Origin: Deltaproteobacteria bacterium
Lineage (GTDB): Bacteria > Myxococcota_A > UBA796 > CAJQPC01
NCBI GenBank assembly: GCA_016706815.1
Contig: JADJIW010000040.1
Coordinates: forward strand, 16,251 to 80,250
Direction: 5' to 3'
DNA: 64,000 nucleotides
Both the position numbers and the translations under genes were made by a program. Positions within the stretch are counted from its first letter, which is position 1, and every line of letters begins with the position of its first letter. The notes under the pieces are model-generated. The model saw only the letters and a program-made list of their open reading frames with translations. It had not been told where the DNA came from and did no database searches. Positions 19,673-29,176 of this stretch are shown piece by piece.

Positions 19673-20053
19673 CTAACGCAGCGCCGCCTGCCAACGCAAC
19701 TCCCGCAGGAGCGCGCGGGAGGCCGCTGACCGCCGGACGACGAGCGCGGATCGTGCTCCTTTGCCGATTCGTTGACCCAGCTCGTCAACGCTGAGGTGGA
19801 CGGTGAACACCGGCAGCGCCCCGGCGCGGCTGCGCAGGTCATCGCAGAGGCGCGGGCTCGTGTCGTTCGCCAAGACGAGGCACTCGGCGAGACCCGAGAC
19901 CAAGGCGTCGCGAACGGCGTCTTTGCCCCCGGTCAACACGCCGCTGCGCGAGGCGATGGCCAAGGCCTCCTCCACCGCGCGCTGGTTGGCCTCTTGCACC
20001 TTGAGCAAGAGCCCCGCGGTGCGGGCCTGGGTAGACCAGGCGCGACTGCACAA
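19673..20053 (-). CDS. L7Ae-family ribosomal-protein-like YlxQ
   Basis: Track ORF. The core aligns to B. subtilis YlxQ (GVLTGGKDAVRDALVSG..LVLANDTSP..ELGQRIGKGARSALVV). The start is uncertain, as a TTG opens the ORF. Confidence 0.6.
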   Translation of the reverse strand: MCSRAWSTQARTAGLLLKVQEANQRAVEEALAIASRSGVLTGGKDAVRDALVSGLAECLVLANDTSPRLCDDLRSRAGALPVFTVHLSVDELGQRIGKGARSALVVRRSAASRALLRELRWQAALR

Positions 20054-20243
20054 GCCGGGCTTCTTCTCGAGCTCCTTCGATGGCGGCGCGGTTGGGCGTC
20101 ACCCAGGCGCCACGACCGCCGAGACGGGCTCGGTAGTCGGGGAAGACCTCGCCCTCTGGGGAGAGGACGAGGCGCAGCAGCGCCCCGGAGGGGCCTGATT
20201 CCCGGTTGACCAGGCAGCGGCGCTCAGGATCTTCAGCCCCCAT
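19839..20243 (-). CDS. YlxR/DUF448 RNA-binding protein; C-terminal 40-50 codons look out-of-frame and overlap ylxQ
   Basis: Track ORF. The N-terminal 75 aa match DUF448 (RRC..R....LLRLV..PEG.V.PD...RLGGRGAWV). The rest is a Gly/Arg-rich read-through that overlaps ylxQ by about 200 nt. Confidence 0.55.
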   Translation of the reverse strand: MGAEDPERRCLVNRESGPSGALLRLVLSPEGEVFPDYRARLGGRGAWVTPNRAAIEGAREEARLVQSRLVYPGPHRGALAQGARGQPARGGGGLGHRLAQRRVDRGQRRRSRRLGLGSRRVPRLGERHEPAPLR

Positions 20244-20249
20244 GCAGGC

Positions 20250-21560
20250 TCAGGCGTCCGCTTCAGGCGGGAGATCATCAGCGATCTCGTTCGCCTGCTT
20301 CTTGCGCTGGGAGTCCTCATAGATGAGGGCGTCCAGCACCTTGTCCGCGTGGTTGATGAGGGAGGCGGCCTCCTCCTCTTCGACGTCGAGGATCGACGCG
20401 AGCTCGTAGGGCTCGGCGTCGGTGAGATCTTTGACGGTGCGGAAGCCGTGGCGGATGAGCAGCTCGATGGTGTCGGCGTCGACACCCTCCAGGCGGGCGA
20501 ACTCGCCGCGGGCGAGATCGTTGAGCTCGGCGTGCCGGGTCTCGGAGTAGATGTCTACGCGCCAGCCGGTGAGCTGGGCCGCGAGGCGCACGTTCTGGCC
20601 GCGGCGGCCGATGGCCTTGGAGAGCTGCTCGTCGGGGACGATGAGCTCCATGCAGTGCGTGTGCTCGTCGATGTAGACGCGGGACACGCTGGCCGGGGCG
20701 ATGGCGTGAACGATGAACCGCGCCGGATCGGGGTGGTAAGGGATGATGTCGATCGCCTCACCACGCAGCTCTTGCACCACCGCCTGAACGCGGGAGCCCT
20801 TGAGGCCCACGCAGGCGCCGACCGGATCGACGTCGGGATCCGTCGAAGACACGGCGATCTTGGCGCGGAAGCCCGGCTCGCGGGCGCAGGCCTCGATGCG
20901 CACGATGCCCTCGTAGATCTCCGGCACCTCAAGCTCAAAGAGCTTCATCAACAGGCCGGGGTGCGAGCGCGAGAGCACCACCTGAGAGGACTTCGCCGCC
21001 CGGGTGATGTCGAGCACGTAGGCCTGGATGCGGTCGCCTTGGCGGTAGGTCTCGGAGACCACCTGCTCACGGCGGGGGAGGATGGCCTCGGCGCGGCCCA
21101 AGTCCACGATGATGTTGCCCTTCTCGAAGCGCCGAACGATGCCGGTGATGAGCTCACCTTTGCGGTCGCGGAACTCGTTGAAGGTCATCTCACGCTCGGC
21201 GTCGCGAACGCGCTGGATGATGACCTGCTTGGCCGTCTGGGCGGCGATGCGGCCCAAGCCCTCGACGTCCATCTTGATGCCCAAGGAGTCGCCGACCTCA
21301 CAGTCCGGATCGAGGGCGCGGGCCTCCTCGATGAGGATCTCGGTGTCGTTGTTGTCGAACTCCTCAACCACCGTCTTGAACTCGAACAGCTCCACCTCAC
21401 CCAGCTCCTCGTTGAACTGGGCCTCGATGTCGCGCTCGTTGCCGAAACGCTTCCGCGCGGCGGCGACCATAGCGGACTCAAGAACCTCAATCACCGCGTC
21501 GCGGGGGATGTTCTTCTCGCGGTGGAGCATGTCGATCTGTCGGGCGAGCTCGCTGATCAT
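20250..21560 (-). CDS. nusA: Transcription termination/antitermination factor NusA
   Basis: Track ORF with an N-terminal domain, S1, KH1/KH2 and C-terminal acidic repeats. Confidence 0.95.
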   Translation of the reverse strand: MISELARQIDMLHREKNIPRDAVIEVLESAMVAAARKRFGNERDIEAQFNEELGEVELFEFKTVVEEFDNNDTEILIEEARALDPDCEVGDSLGIKMDVEGLGRIAAQTAKQVIIQRVRDAEREMTFNEFRDRKGELITGIVRRFEKGNIIVDLGRAEAILPRREQVVSETYRQGDRIQAYVLDITRAAKSSQVVLSRSHPGLLMKLFELEVPEIYEGIVRIEACAREPGFRAKIAVSSTDPDVDPVGACVGLKGSRVQAVVQELRGEAIDIIPYHPDPARFIVHAIAPASVSRVYIDEHTHCMELIVPDEQLSKAIGRRGQNVRLAAQLTGWRVDIYSETRHAELNDLARGEFARLEGVDADTIELLIRHGFRTVKDLTDAEPYELASILDVEEEEAASLINHADKVLDALIYEDSQRKKQANEIADDLPPEADA

Positions 21561-22102
21561 GGCGAACCTCCATCGGGGTCGGGGCGCGGTGGCGACGACT
21601 CGGCCAAAGACTCGTACTCGTCGAGCGTGAGCTGGAGCTGAGCGCGGACGATCTGGGCCAGGGGGATCGAGTGCGGCTGGCCGTCGGCCTCAATGAGCAC
21701 CGCGTCACCGTCGAGCCCCTTGAGGCGGCCGGTGATCTGGCGGCGCGAGGCGGTGCCGTCTAAACGAAGACGGCAGCGGTAGCCGGAGAACTTGGCGAAG
21801 TCAGCGGGCCGCTGAAGCGGGCGCTCGATGCCGGGGGAGGAGACCTCAAGGTCGTACGCCCCGGAGATGGGATCCTCGACGTCAAGCAGGGCCGAGAGCG
21901 CGTGGCTGAGCTTGGCGAGGGGGTTCATGATGACGCCGCCGGGGCGATCCACCGAGACGCGCAGCGTGCGGCGCCCGAAGGTGTTGGTCAGCTCGACGGC
22001 GACAAGCTCGTACCCCAACGACACGGCGACGGGCTCAAACAGCGCGAAGAGCTGCGCTTGAATCGGCCGAATGTCGGTGGTGGGGCGTGGAGACTCGGAC
22101 AT
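21557..22102 (-). CDS. rimP: Ribosome maturation factor RimP
   Basis: Track ORF 21557..22156. The likely start is MSESPRP at 22102. There is a 4 nt overlap with nusA. Confidence 0.85.
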   Translation of the reverse strand: MSESPRPTTDIRPIQAQLFALFEPVAVSLGYELVAVELTNTFGRRTLRVSVDRPGGVIMNPLAKLSHALSALLDVEDPISGAYDLEVSSPGIERPLQRPADFAKFSGYRCRLRLDGTASRRQITGRLKGLDGDAVLIEADGQPHSIPLAQIVRAQLQLTLDEYESLAESSPPRPDPDGGSP

Positions 22103-22263
22103 GTTGAGGAGGACCGGCGGGAGAGGTTCAGGAGTTGATGGCCACGCCGAGGCCAAAAAAAAGGAGCCGCCCGGGGGGGCGCCTCCTCGATGAAGGAAGC
22201 AGGGACGATTCTTCTATGTCCGCGCGCACCCGCTGTCAAGCGCGGTCAAGCGCAGCCACAGCA

Positions 22264-23139
22264 TCAGGAGCCGAGGAGCGTCTTGGCCTCTTTGGCGGCC
22301 TTGCTCTTGGGGTACTTCGCGACGACGTCCTCCCAGAAGAGCTTCGCCGCGTCGTTGTTCCCCATCGCCTTGAAACACTCCCCTTGGCGCACCATCGCCC
22401 ACGGCGCCCACACGCTGTCCGGGGCCTGGGTGGCGACCTCGTCGAACTTCAAGGCCGCGGACTTGTAGTTCTTCTCGTTGTAGTAGGTCTCGGCGAGGCG
22501 ATAGCGGGCCTCGACGGCGCGGGCGTGGTTGGGGTTCTCGCGTAAAAACCGCTCAAGCTGGGCCCGGGCGAGCACGGGCTGGTTGGCCTTGAGCGACTCT
22601 TCAGCCATACGGATGAGGTCGTCGGGGGTGGCCGCGAGCTCGACCTCTTTGGGAGGGCCTACGGGGGAGGTGATCTCGCCGCCACCGGCGGGCGGGGCGA
22701 CGGCGACCTGGCCGCCGGGGATCGGCGCGGCGGGAGGCTTGACGCCGAGCGCCTTCTCTAAGGTGGCGACGCGCAGCTCCATGTACTCCAAGCGGAACTG
22801 GGCGTCCTCGCGGAAGGCCTTGGTGGCGGTGTTGCTGGCGTCGGCCTCGTGCTGGCCGGTCTCGAGCTCACCCCGCAGGCGGCGGACCTCGTCGCGCACC
22901 TGATCGAGGTTCTCCAGCTTCTCGGCCTCTTGTTGGCCGCGGTAACGCACGACCTCGTCGAGCTGCACGAGGCGGCGCTCTAAGTCGGCGTTGAGGCGCT
23001 CTAGCTCATCGGCGCGGGCCTTCTGGGCCGCTAGCTCACGCTCATAGGCCGCCGTGGCGGACTGGCCGGTGCGGTCGAGCACGCAGCCGTTGAGCAGGCC
23101 GAGGCCAACGCTGAGCAGGACGAGGCGGCGGGGGCTCAC
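22264..23139 (-). CDS. cpoB: Tol-Pal system protein YbgF/CpoB (coiled-coil + TPR)
   Basis: Track ORF with a signal peptide, a long coiled coil and a C-terminal TPR (AETYYNEKNYKSAALKFDEV). It lies directly downstream of pal. Confidence 0.8.
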   Translation of the reverse strand: MSPRRLVLLSVGLGLLNGCVLDRTGQSATAAYERELAAQKARADELERLNADLERRLVQLDEVVRYRGQQEAEKLENLDQVRDEVRRLRGELETGQHEADASNTATKAFREDAQFRLEYMELRVATLEKALGVKPPAAPIPGGQVAVAPPAGGGEITSPVGPPKEVELAATPDDLIRMAEESLKANQPVLARAQLERFLRENPNHARAVEARYRLAETYYNEKNYKSAALKFDEVATQAPDSVWAPWAMVRQGECFKAMGNNDAAKLFWEDVVAKYPKSKAAKEAKTLLGS

Positions 23140-23867
23140 CGGGTCACCCGGAGCTCAACGCGGCGGTTGGCGGACCAGACGTCCTCGCCGGAGCCCGCGC
23201 GGGTGGGGCGCTCCTCACCGTAGGTCACGGAGTCGATGCGGGACGGGGGCACACCTTGGCTCACGAGGTACTCGCGGACGGCGTTCGCCCGGCGCTGGCC
23301 CAAGGCGAGGTTGTAGTCGGTGGTGCCGCGCTCGTCGGTGTGGCCCTCTAGGCGAATACGCTCGGTGCGGCGGGAGAGGCAGGGCACCAAGGCGTTCAGC
23401 GCGGTGCGCTGGTCGGGGCGCAGGGAGTTGCTGTCGAGGTCGAAGTAGATCGTGGCCTTGTCGCAGACGGCGTTGGCGTTCGCCGCCATGAGCGAGAGGC
23501 CCCGGCGCAGGGTGGACTGCTGGCCGCTCGGGAGCTTGACCGTGATGTCCACGGAGCCCTCGGGCAAGGCGGGGACCATGACGTCGAGGGTGTTCGCATC
23601 GACGAAGGTGACCGACGAGGCCGGGGTGCCGCTGAAGCTCACCGTCGAGCCTTGGGCGAACTCGGAGCCGTAGATGCGGGCCGAGAAGGGCTTGTTGGCG
23701 TCGCCCAGGGCCGGGTCGATGGAGATGATCTGCAGCGCGACGTCCACCGCGGGGATGTCCACGGCGATGGTGTCATCAGGCACCTCCTCGATCTTCTTGT
23801 CGCGACACTTGGCCGCGAGCAGCGTCGGGGCCAGCATGAGGAGGAGCACGAGGCGCGCGCGAGACAT
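23136..23867 (-). CDS. pal: Peptidoglycan-associated lipoprotein Pal (OmpA-family C-terminal domain)
   Basis: The track ORF is extended to 23909. The real start is MSRARLVLLLML at 23867. The OmpA-like motif is TDERGTTDYNLALGQRRANAVREYL. The ORF and the ybgF/cpoB gene overlap by 4 nt. Confidence 0.85.
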   Translation of the reverse strand: MSRARLVLLLMLAPTLLAAKCRDKKIEEVPDDTIAVDIPAVDVALQIISIDPALGDANKPFSARIYGSEFAQGSTVSFSGTPASSVTFVDANTLDVMVPALPEGSVDITVKLPSGQQSTLRRGLSLMAANANAVCDKATIYFDLDSNSLRPDQRTALNALVPCLSRRTERIRLEGHTDERGTTDYNLALGQRRANAVREYLVSQGVPPSRIDSVTYGEERPTRAGSGEDVWSANRRVELRVTR

Positions 23868-24036
23868 GACGACTCCGGATGCAGCGTCATCGCTGCGAGG
23901 CACACACACACTTTTAACCCGATAATGGGTACGCGGTCTCTCTTGTCATGTCAAGTCATCACCGAGGCTTCACCTGAACCCCAACAACGCCCCCAGCGCC
24001 CCTGCCTTCGCCGTTGTCTGCGGCCTGCTCTGCGTC

Positions 24037-25248
24037 TTGAGCGCGGCGGGCGTCGTGGCGCTGGGCGACCTGCGCGGCGCGGCGACGGCGTTTGTTGGCC
24101 TCACCAGCCTGTGGTCCCTCGGGGCCCTGGGCGCGGCGTGGGCGCACCGGGCTCAACCCTCCGCCGCCTGGGGCTGGCTGGCCTTGGGCGCGGCGCTGCG
24201 TGTGGGGATGCTCTTCTCCCCGGCGAGCCTCTCCGATGACGTCTACCGCTATCTCTGGGAGGGTGAGGTGATCGCCGCCGGGCTCAACCCCTTCTTCTAC
24301 GCGCCGAGCGACCCTGCGCTCACGCCCTTGCGGGATGCGGTCTGGGCCCAGGTGAACCACAAGGACGTCTCGACGATCTACCCGCCGGGGGCCTTGTGGC
24401 TGTTTCGTGGCGTGGTGGCGCTCACGGCCTCGCCTGTGGGCTGGAAGATCCTGTCCGGGGCCTGTGATCTCGGCGTGGCGGCGATCTTGTGGCGGCTGTG
24501 CGCGGCGCGCGGGATCGCCGCCTGGGCGCCCGTGGCCTACGCGCTGCACCCCTTGCCGATCATCGAGACCGCGGGGAGCGGGCATCTGGAGGGGCCCGCG
24601 GTCTTGGGGATGATGTTGAGCTTCACGTTCGCCCAGCGGCCGGGCCTCGCCGCGCTCTTCGGGTGGGCGGGGGCCTCGGTGAAGCTCTTGCCGGGCCTGG
24701 TGATCTTGGCCTTGGCCCGCACACCCAGCCGGGGCCTCGCCCTCGGCGTGCTCGTGGGGCTGCTCGCCATCGTGGCGTTGGGCCTGCCCTTTGTAGACGC
24801 CGGGAGCGCGCTTGGGCGAGGGTTCGGGCGGTACTACGAGGCCTGGGCGTTCAACGGCCTCGCCTTCTCGTTCTTGGAGGCGCTCACCGGGGACGGGCAG
24901 CGGGCGCGCTGGCTGGGCGTGGCCTTGGGCGGGCTCTACTGCGGAGACGTTCTGCGCCAGGGGCCCAGCCCGGATCGCCTGATGCTGCACGTCGCCGGGG
25001 CGCTCTTGGTGCTCTCCCCGGTGGTTCACCCTTGGTATGTCTTGTGGGCCTTGGCCCCGGCGATGCTGCGCGGGGTGTGGCCGTGGCTGGTGTTCGCCTC
25101 GTTGTGCCCCTTGTCGTACCTGGCGCTCGCTGAGTACGATGTCCGAGGTTGGCAGGAGGTCTGGTGGATCCCGTGGATCGAACATCCGGCGCTCTGGCTG
25201 AGCCTCCTCGTGTGGTGGGCTCGCTCGACGCCGCCCTCGCCGGGCTGA
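24037..25248 (+). CDS. Polytopic membrane protein, DUF2029/GT87-like glycosyltransferase (putative mannosyltransferase)
   Basis: Track ORF with a TTG start. It has many TM helices and a conserved HPWY motif near the C-terminus (VVHPWYVLWAL). Confidence 0.55.
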   Translation: MSAAGVVALGDLRGAATAFVGLTSLWSLGALGAAWAHRAQPSAAWGWLALGAALRVGMLFSPASLSDDVYRYLWEGEVIAAGLNPFFYAPSDPALTPLRDAVWAQVNHKDVSTIYPPGALWLFRGVVALTASPVGWKILSGACDLGVAAILWRLCAARGIAAWAPVAYALHPLPIIETAGSGHLEGPAVLGMMLSFTFAQRPGLAALFGWAGASVKLLPGLVILALARTPSRGLALGVLVGLLAIVALGLPFVDAGSALGRGFGRYYEAWAFNGLAFSFLEALTGDGQRARWLGVALGGLYCGDVLRQGPSPDRLMLHVAGALLVLSPVVHPWYVLWALAPAMLRGVWPWLVFASLCPLSYLALAEYDVRGWQEVWWIPWIEHPALWLSLLVWWARSTPPSPG

Positions 25249-26327
25249 GCCTGCCACCGGGCCTGCGCCGCCTCGCCATCGCCGTGCCCGACCTCACCCG
25301 GCCTCTGGACACCGTGCGCGTCTTGGCCACCCTTCGCCGGGCGCTGGGGGAGCGCGCCCCCGCGGAGATCACCGTCGTCGTGGGCCTCGGCCTGCACCGC
25401 CCGCTCACCGAGGCCGAGCTCTCGCGGATGCGCGCCGCTTGCGGCTGGCCCGTCGTGAACTCGACCCCCGACGACACCGCCGATCTCGGCCTCGTCCATG
25501 GCATCCCCTGCCAGGTCGCCCACCCCATCGCTGAGGCCGAGATGACCCTCGCCATCGGGGTCGTGGAGCTTCACCAATACGCGGGCTTCTCCGGCGGTCA
25601 CAAGGCCAGCGCCGTTGGCTGCGGCGGTCGTGACACCTTGGCCGCGCTGCACGCCCGGGCCATGGTCTGTGACCCCGAGGTGCAGGTGGGCCGGGTGGAG
25701 GGCAACCCCTTCCGCGAGGCCGTAGACGCCTTGGGTGAGCACAACGGCACCCGCCTCGCCCTGCTCTCTCTGGGCGATGGGCGCTGGATCTTGGGCGAGC
25801 CCCGGGCCGCCCTGCGCGTCGCCGCCGCCGCCCAAGACCCGTGGTGGACGGTGCCCGAGCCCGTCTCCGCCTGCATCCTGCGGGTGCCCGAGGCCAAAGC
25901 GGCGAACTTTTACCAGGCGAGCCGCGCCGCCACCTACCTCGCGCTCTCGCCCTCCCCTCCCCTCATCGACGGCGCGCGGATCGTGCTCGACGCGCGCTGC
26001 CCAGATGGCGCCGGAGACGGCGATGGGGAGCGCGCCTTCGCATCTCTCATGGCGATGACCGCGCCGCCTTGGCAGAGCTTACTCACCGGGCCGGTGCCCT
26101 CTGGCGCGGGGCTGCAGCGGGCGTTTATGCTCGCGCGCCTCGCCCAGCGGTATCACCTCATCGTCGCCGGGTGTGATCAGCCCGAGGCCCTGCAAAGGCT
26201 GGGGGTTGAGGCCACGTCTTCCCCCGCTTCAGCCGTCGCGCCGGGGGCGCTCACCGTCAATCAGCCGTTCACCCGGCTGCCTCAGCTTCAGCGGCCACCA
26301 CCGGCTTCGGGGACGGCGCCGGGCTGA
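25212..26327 (+). CDS. LarA-family (DUF2088, lactate-racemase N-terminal-like) protein
   Basis: Track ORF 25149..26327. The likely GTG start is near 25212. Motifs AVPDLTRP, GLHRP and HQYAGFSGGHKA correspond to LarA ISSDHTRP, FHRP and HFFAGFSGGRK. Confidence 0.6.
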   Translation: MVGSLDAALAGLSLPPGLRRLAIAVPDLTRPLDTVRVLATLRRALGERAPAEITVVVGLGLHRPLTEAELSRMRAACGWPVVNSTPDDTADLGLVHGIPCQVAHPIAEAEMTLAIGVVELHQYAGFSGGHKASAVGCGGRDTLAALHARAMVCDPEVQVGRVEGNPFREAVDALGEHNGTRLALLSLGDGRWILGEPRAALRVAAAAQDPWWTVPEPVSACILRVPEAKAANFYQASRAATYLALSPSPPLIDGARIVLDARCPDGAGDGDGERAFASLMAMTAPPWQSLLTGPVPSGAGLQRAFMLARLAQRYHLIVAGCDQPEALQRLGVEATSSPASAVAPGALTVNQPFTRLPQLQRPPPASGTAPG

Positions 26328-27735
26328 GGCTGCCCAAGCCCACCCACAGGTAGCCCAGGCCAAACAGCGCCAGCAGCGGCGCCGAGCCCCAGGCCCCGGC
26401 GAACATGCAGGCGACGGCGCCGAGGAGCTGCCCCAGGCCGAGGGTGATCTCAACGATGGCGCCGCCGTCGCCGCCCAAGGCGTATCGACCGCCGCCGGAC
26501 TCGCCCCGTTTGGGGGTGCGCACAAACGCCCCGACCTCGCCAAAGAGCGCCTCAAACACCGCCCGGCTCTGGTTCACGGCCATGCCCGCGCCCAAGGCCA
26601 TCGCCCAAGGCACCCGGCCCAGGCGCCGCGCCCAGTCGTTGTGATAGGCCCCGGCGCTCACCCCGTAGAACACGCCCAGGGACGTCATCGCCACGGTGAA
26701 GAACACGGCGTGGAGCGGCTCCACCAGGGCGTGCCCCACCCGCTGAATCGCCGCGAGGGGCGTGATCACCGAGAGCAGCAGCACCAGGGGATACGCGAGG
26801 TTCGCGCAGAGGTGCGCCGTGGCCTCAAGCTTCACCGGCCAAGGGGCGGGCGAGCGCCAGAGCCTCGGCAAGAGCTTCTTCGCGGTCTGGATCGAGCCCT
26901 TCGCCCAGCGGCGCTGCTGGCTCTTGAACGCCAAGATGTCGCCGGGAAGCTCAGCGGGCACGGCGAGATCCGGCAAGTACACAAACCGCCAGCCCACGAG
27001 CTGGGCGCGGTACGAGAGGTCGAGGTCTTCAGTGAGCGTGTCCCCTTGCCAGCCGCCGGCGTCGTGAATCGCCTCCCGGCGCCACAGCCCCGCCGTGCCG
27101 TTGAAGTTGAACCAGCGCCCGGAGCGCGCTCGGGCGGCGTGCTCGATGACGAAGTGCCCGTCCAACAACATCGCCTCCACCCGGGTGAGCCAAGACTCTC
27201 CTTCGTTGAGGTGTGTCCAGCGCGCCTGGACCATGCCGATCTCCGGGCCGAGGGCGGGCACGGCGCGGCGCAAAAAGTCGGCGGGAGGCACAAAGTCCGC
27301 GTCAAAGATGGCGATGATCGAGCCCTTCGCCCGGCTGAGCCCCCAAGCCAAGGCCCCGGCCTTAAAGCCCTGGCGGTCGGGCCTGCGCAGCACCGTGACG
27401 TCGAGGCCCTTCGCCCGGTGGCGCGCGGCGGCGGCTTCAGCGAGCGGGGTGGTGTCGTCGTCGCTGTCGTCGAGGATCTGCAGCTCCAGGCGATCCCGAG
27501 GCCAGTCCAGCGCCGCCGCGGCGTCGATGAGCCGGGTGATCACATACCGCTCGTTGTAGACCGGGAGCTGCACGGTGACGAGGGGCAACGTGCGCTCCTC
27601 CAGCGTCGTGAGGGTCGGCGCCTGCCGCCGGGTGCGCCAATACCGCGCCGTGAGCCACAGCCGATGCAGCCCGTAGAGCGAGAGCGTTGAGGCGAGCAGC
27701 GCGTGACCGCCCAGGAGCAAAAGTTCCGTCACCAC
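26269..27735 (-). CDS. Processive family-2 glycosyltransferase (cellulose/chitin-synthase-like), C-terminal TM domain
   Basis: Track ORF with DDSDD, DADF.P, TED and QQRRW motifs plus N- and C-terminal TM helices. Confidence 0.8.
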   Translation of the reverse strand: MVTELLLLGGHALLASTLSLYGLHRLWLTARYWRTRRQAPTLTTLEERTLPLVTVQLPVYNERYVITRLIDAAAALDWPRDRLELQILDDSDDDTTPLAEAAAARHRAKGLDVTVLRRPDRQGFKAGALAWGLSRAKGSIIAIFDADFVPPADFLRRAVPALGPEIGMVQARWTHLNEGESWLTRVEAMLLDGHFVIEHAARARSGRWFNFNGTAGLWRREAIHDAGGWQGDTLTEDLDLSYRAQLVGWRFVYLPDLAVPAELPGDILAFKSQQRRWAKGSIQTAKKLLPRLWRSPAPWPVKLEATAHLCANLAYPLVLLLSVITPLAAIQRVGHALVEPLHAVFFTVAMTSLGVFYGVSAGAYHNDWARRLGRVPWAMALGAGMAVNQSRAVFEALFGEVGAFVRTPKRGESGGGRYALGGDGGAIVEITLGLGQLLGAVACMFAGAWGSAPLLALFGLGYLWVGLGSLSPAPSPKPVVAAEAEAAG

Positions 27736-28094
27736 GACCCCGTCGCCACGACCGTCTCGACGGCTCCTCCCGACCTCAAGCGCCAGGGTGAGCCGCGAGA
27801 CGTTTTAGCCCCGCAGACGACCTCCGCGCAAGCCGCGCCCCGCTCGGGTATAGTGAGCTTGGCCTCTGCCCGGTTCGAGTACAGAGCGATCGTGGTTCCT
27901 CCACAAGTATGTCCCGGGACCCGCCCCTCTCCGTGGTGTGCACGCCTCCTCGTGAGGAAGCCTGAAGCGGGAATGCGGCTCCCCCCTCCTGAGTGGAGGA
28001 GGACCCCAACGCTCACACGGCCAGGGTGGAGGCCACTTTTTTGCGCGGACGCCGACACGGGAACCTCCCCGCCGCCGCCAGGGTCTCCTGCACC

Positions 28095-29090
28095 ATGACC
28101 ATCGTAAGCCTGCTCGTGCTCTTCGCCTGCGCCGCCCGCGCGCCCGTCGTGCTCTACCCCTTGGACCAGCACCAGCCCCCGGCGGCGCTGGTCGGGGTCT
28201 TCGCCAGCCAGAGCCCCGACGCGCTGTTTGAGGACGCCTACTCCCGGCTCCTCAACGACGACCTGGAGGGCGCTGAGCAACGGCTGGTGTACCTCGCGGG
28301 CCTGCCGGACGGCCCACCCGAGGCGCTCTACCACCTGGGCGTCGTCTACGAGCTGCGCGGAGCGCTGGAGACGGCGATCTCGGCCTACGATCTGCTCCTC
28401 ACCCAAGATCCCCCTGAGGAGCTCGCGCCGAGCGTACACTTTCGCCGCGGCCTGTGCCTTGAGGAGCTCGGCCGCTTTGACGAGGCGCTCAAGGCCTTCG
28501 CCAAGGTGCCTACCACCGGCGGCCTGAGCCTCAACGACCGCGTCACCTACGACGTGGCGCGTGGCGTGGCGATGTTGGGCTCGGGCAAAGAGGCCAAAGG
28601 GCTTGAGCTGCTCACCGCCGCGCTCTCCACCACCCGCCGCGACCCAGAGCTGGCCTGGATCCTCGGCAAAGGCTGGTACACCCTCGCCCGGCACGACCTC
28701 GACCAAGCGGCGGCGCTCTCGCTGAACGAGTCTGAGCGGAAGGTCAAGAAGAACCTAGAGGCCCGGGCGGGGCTCATCATGGACGCCGAGGCCGACCTCG
28801 TGCACGTCGTCGAGCAGCACGAGCCGGAGTGGATCCTCCGGGGCCTGCTCGACCTCGGCGACGCCTACATCACGCTCCGCGAAGACATGATGCGCTCGCC
28901 CACCCCCGCCGGGCTCAGCGCCGAGCAGGCCGCGCTCTACGTCGCCCAGGTCGACAAGAGCACCCGCGTGCTCATCGCCAAGGCGTTCAACGCCTACGAC
29001 CAGGGCCTCATCGTCGCGGGCACCCTCGGGTTTGAGGGGGAGCTGACCGAGACCCTACGCGCCCGGCGCGACGCCTTGCCCACGGACTGA
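28095..29090 (+). CDS. TPR-like lipoprotein
   Basis: Track ORF 27993..29090. The real start is MTIVSLLVLFACAA at 28095 (lipobox L-F-A-C). The rest is helical repeat content. Confidence 0.5.
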   Translation: MTIVSLLVLFACAARAPVVLYPLDQHQPPAALVGVFASQSPDALFEDAYSRLLNDDLEGAEQRLVYLAGLPDGPPEALYHLGVVYELRGALETAISAYDLLLTQDPPEELAPSVHFRRGLCLEELGRFDEALKAFAKVPTTGGLSLNDRVTYDVARGVAMLGSGKEAKGLELLTAALSTTRRDPELAWILGKGWYTLARHDLDQAAALSLNESERKVKKNLEARAGLIMDAEADLVHVVEQHEPEWILRGLLDLGDAYITLREDMMRSPTPAGLSAEQAALYVAQVDKSTRVLIAKAFNAYDQGLIVAGTLGFEGELTETLRARRDALPTD

Positions 29091-29176
29091 CTCGGCGGCG
29101 CTGAAGACGAGGCGGCCCGGCCTCCTCTGCCTCAGAGGGACCGGGCCGCAGGCTGAGAGCACCAGCCAGAGTCGTT

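Noticed and set aside
22157-22263. Expected rbfA/truB/rpsO after infB-DUF503, and tolB upstream of pal
   Set aside because: They are not present in this window. The DUF503 gene is followed by SPOR and cupin genes, and pal is preceded by the divergent GT87-like gene. This is recorded as synteny difference only.
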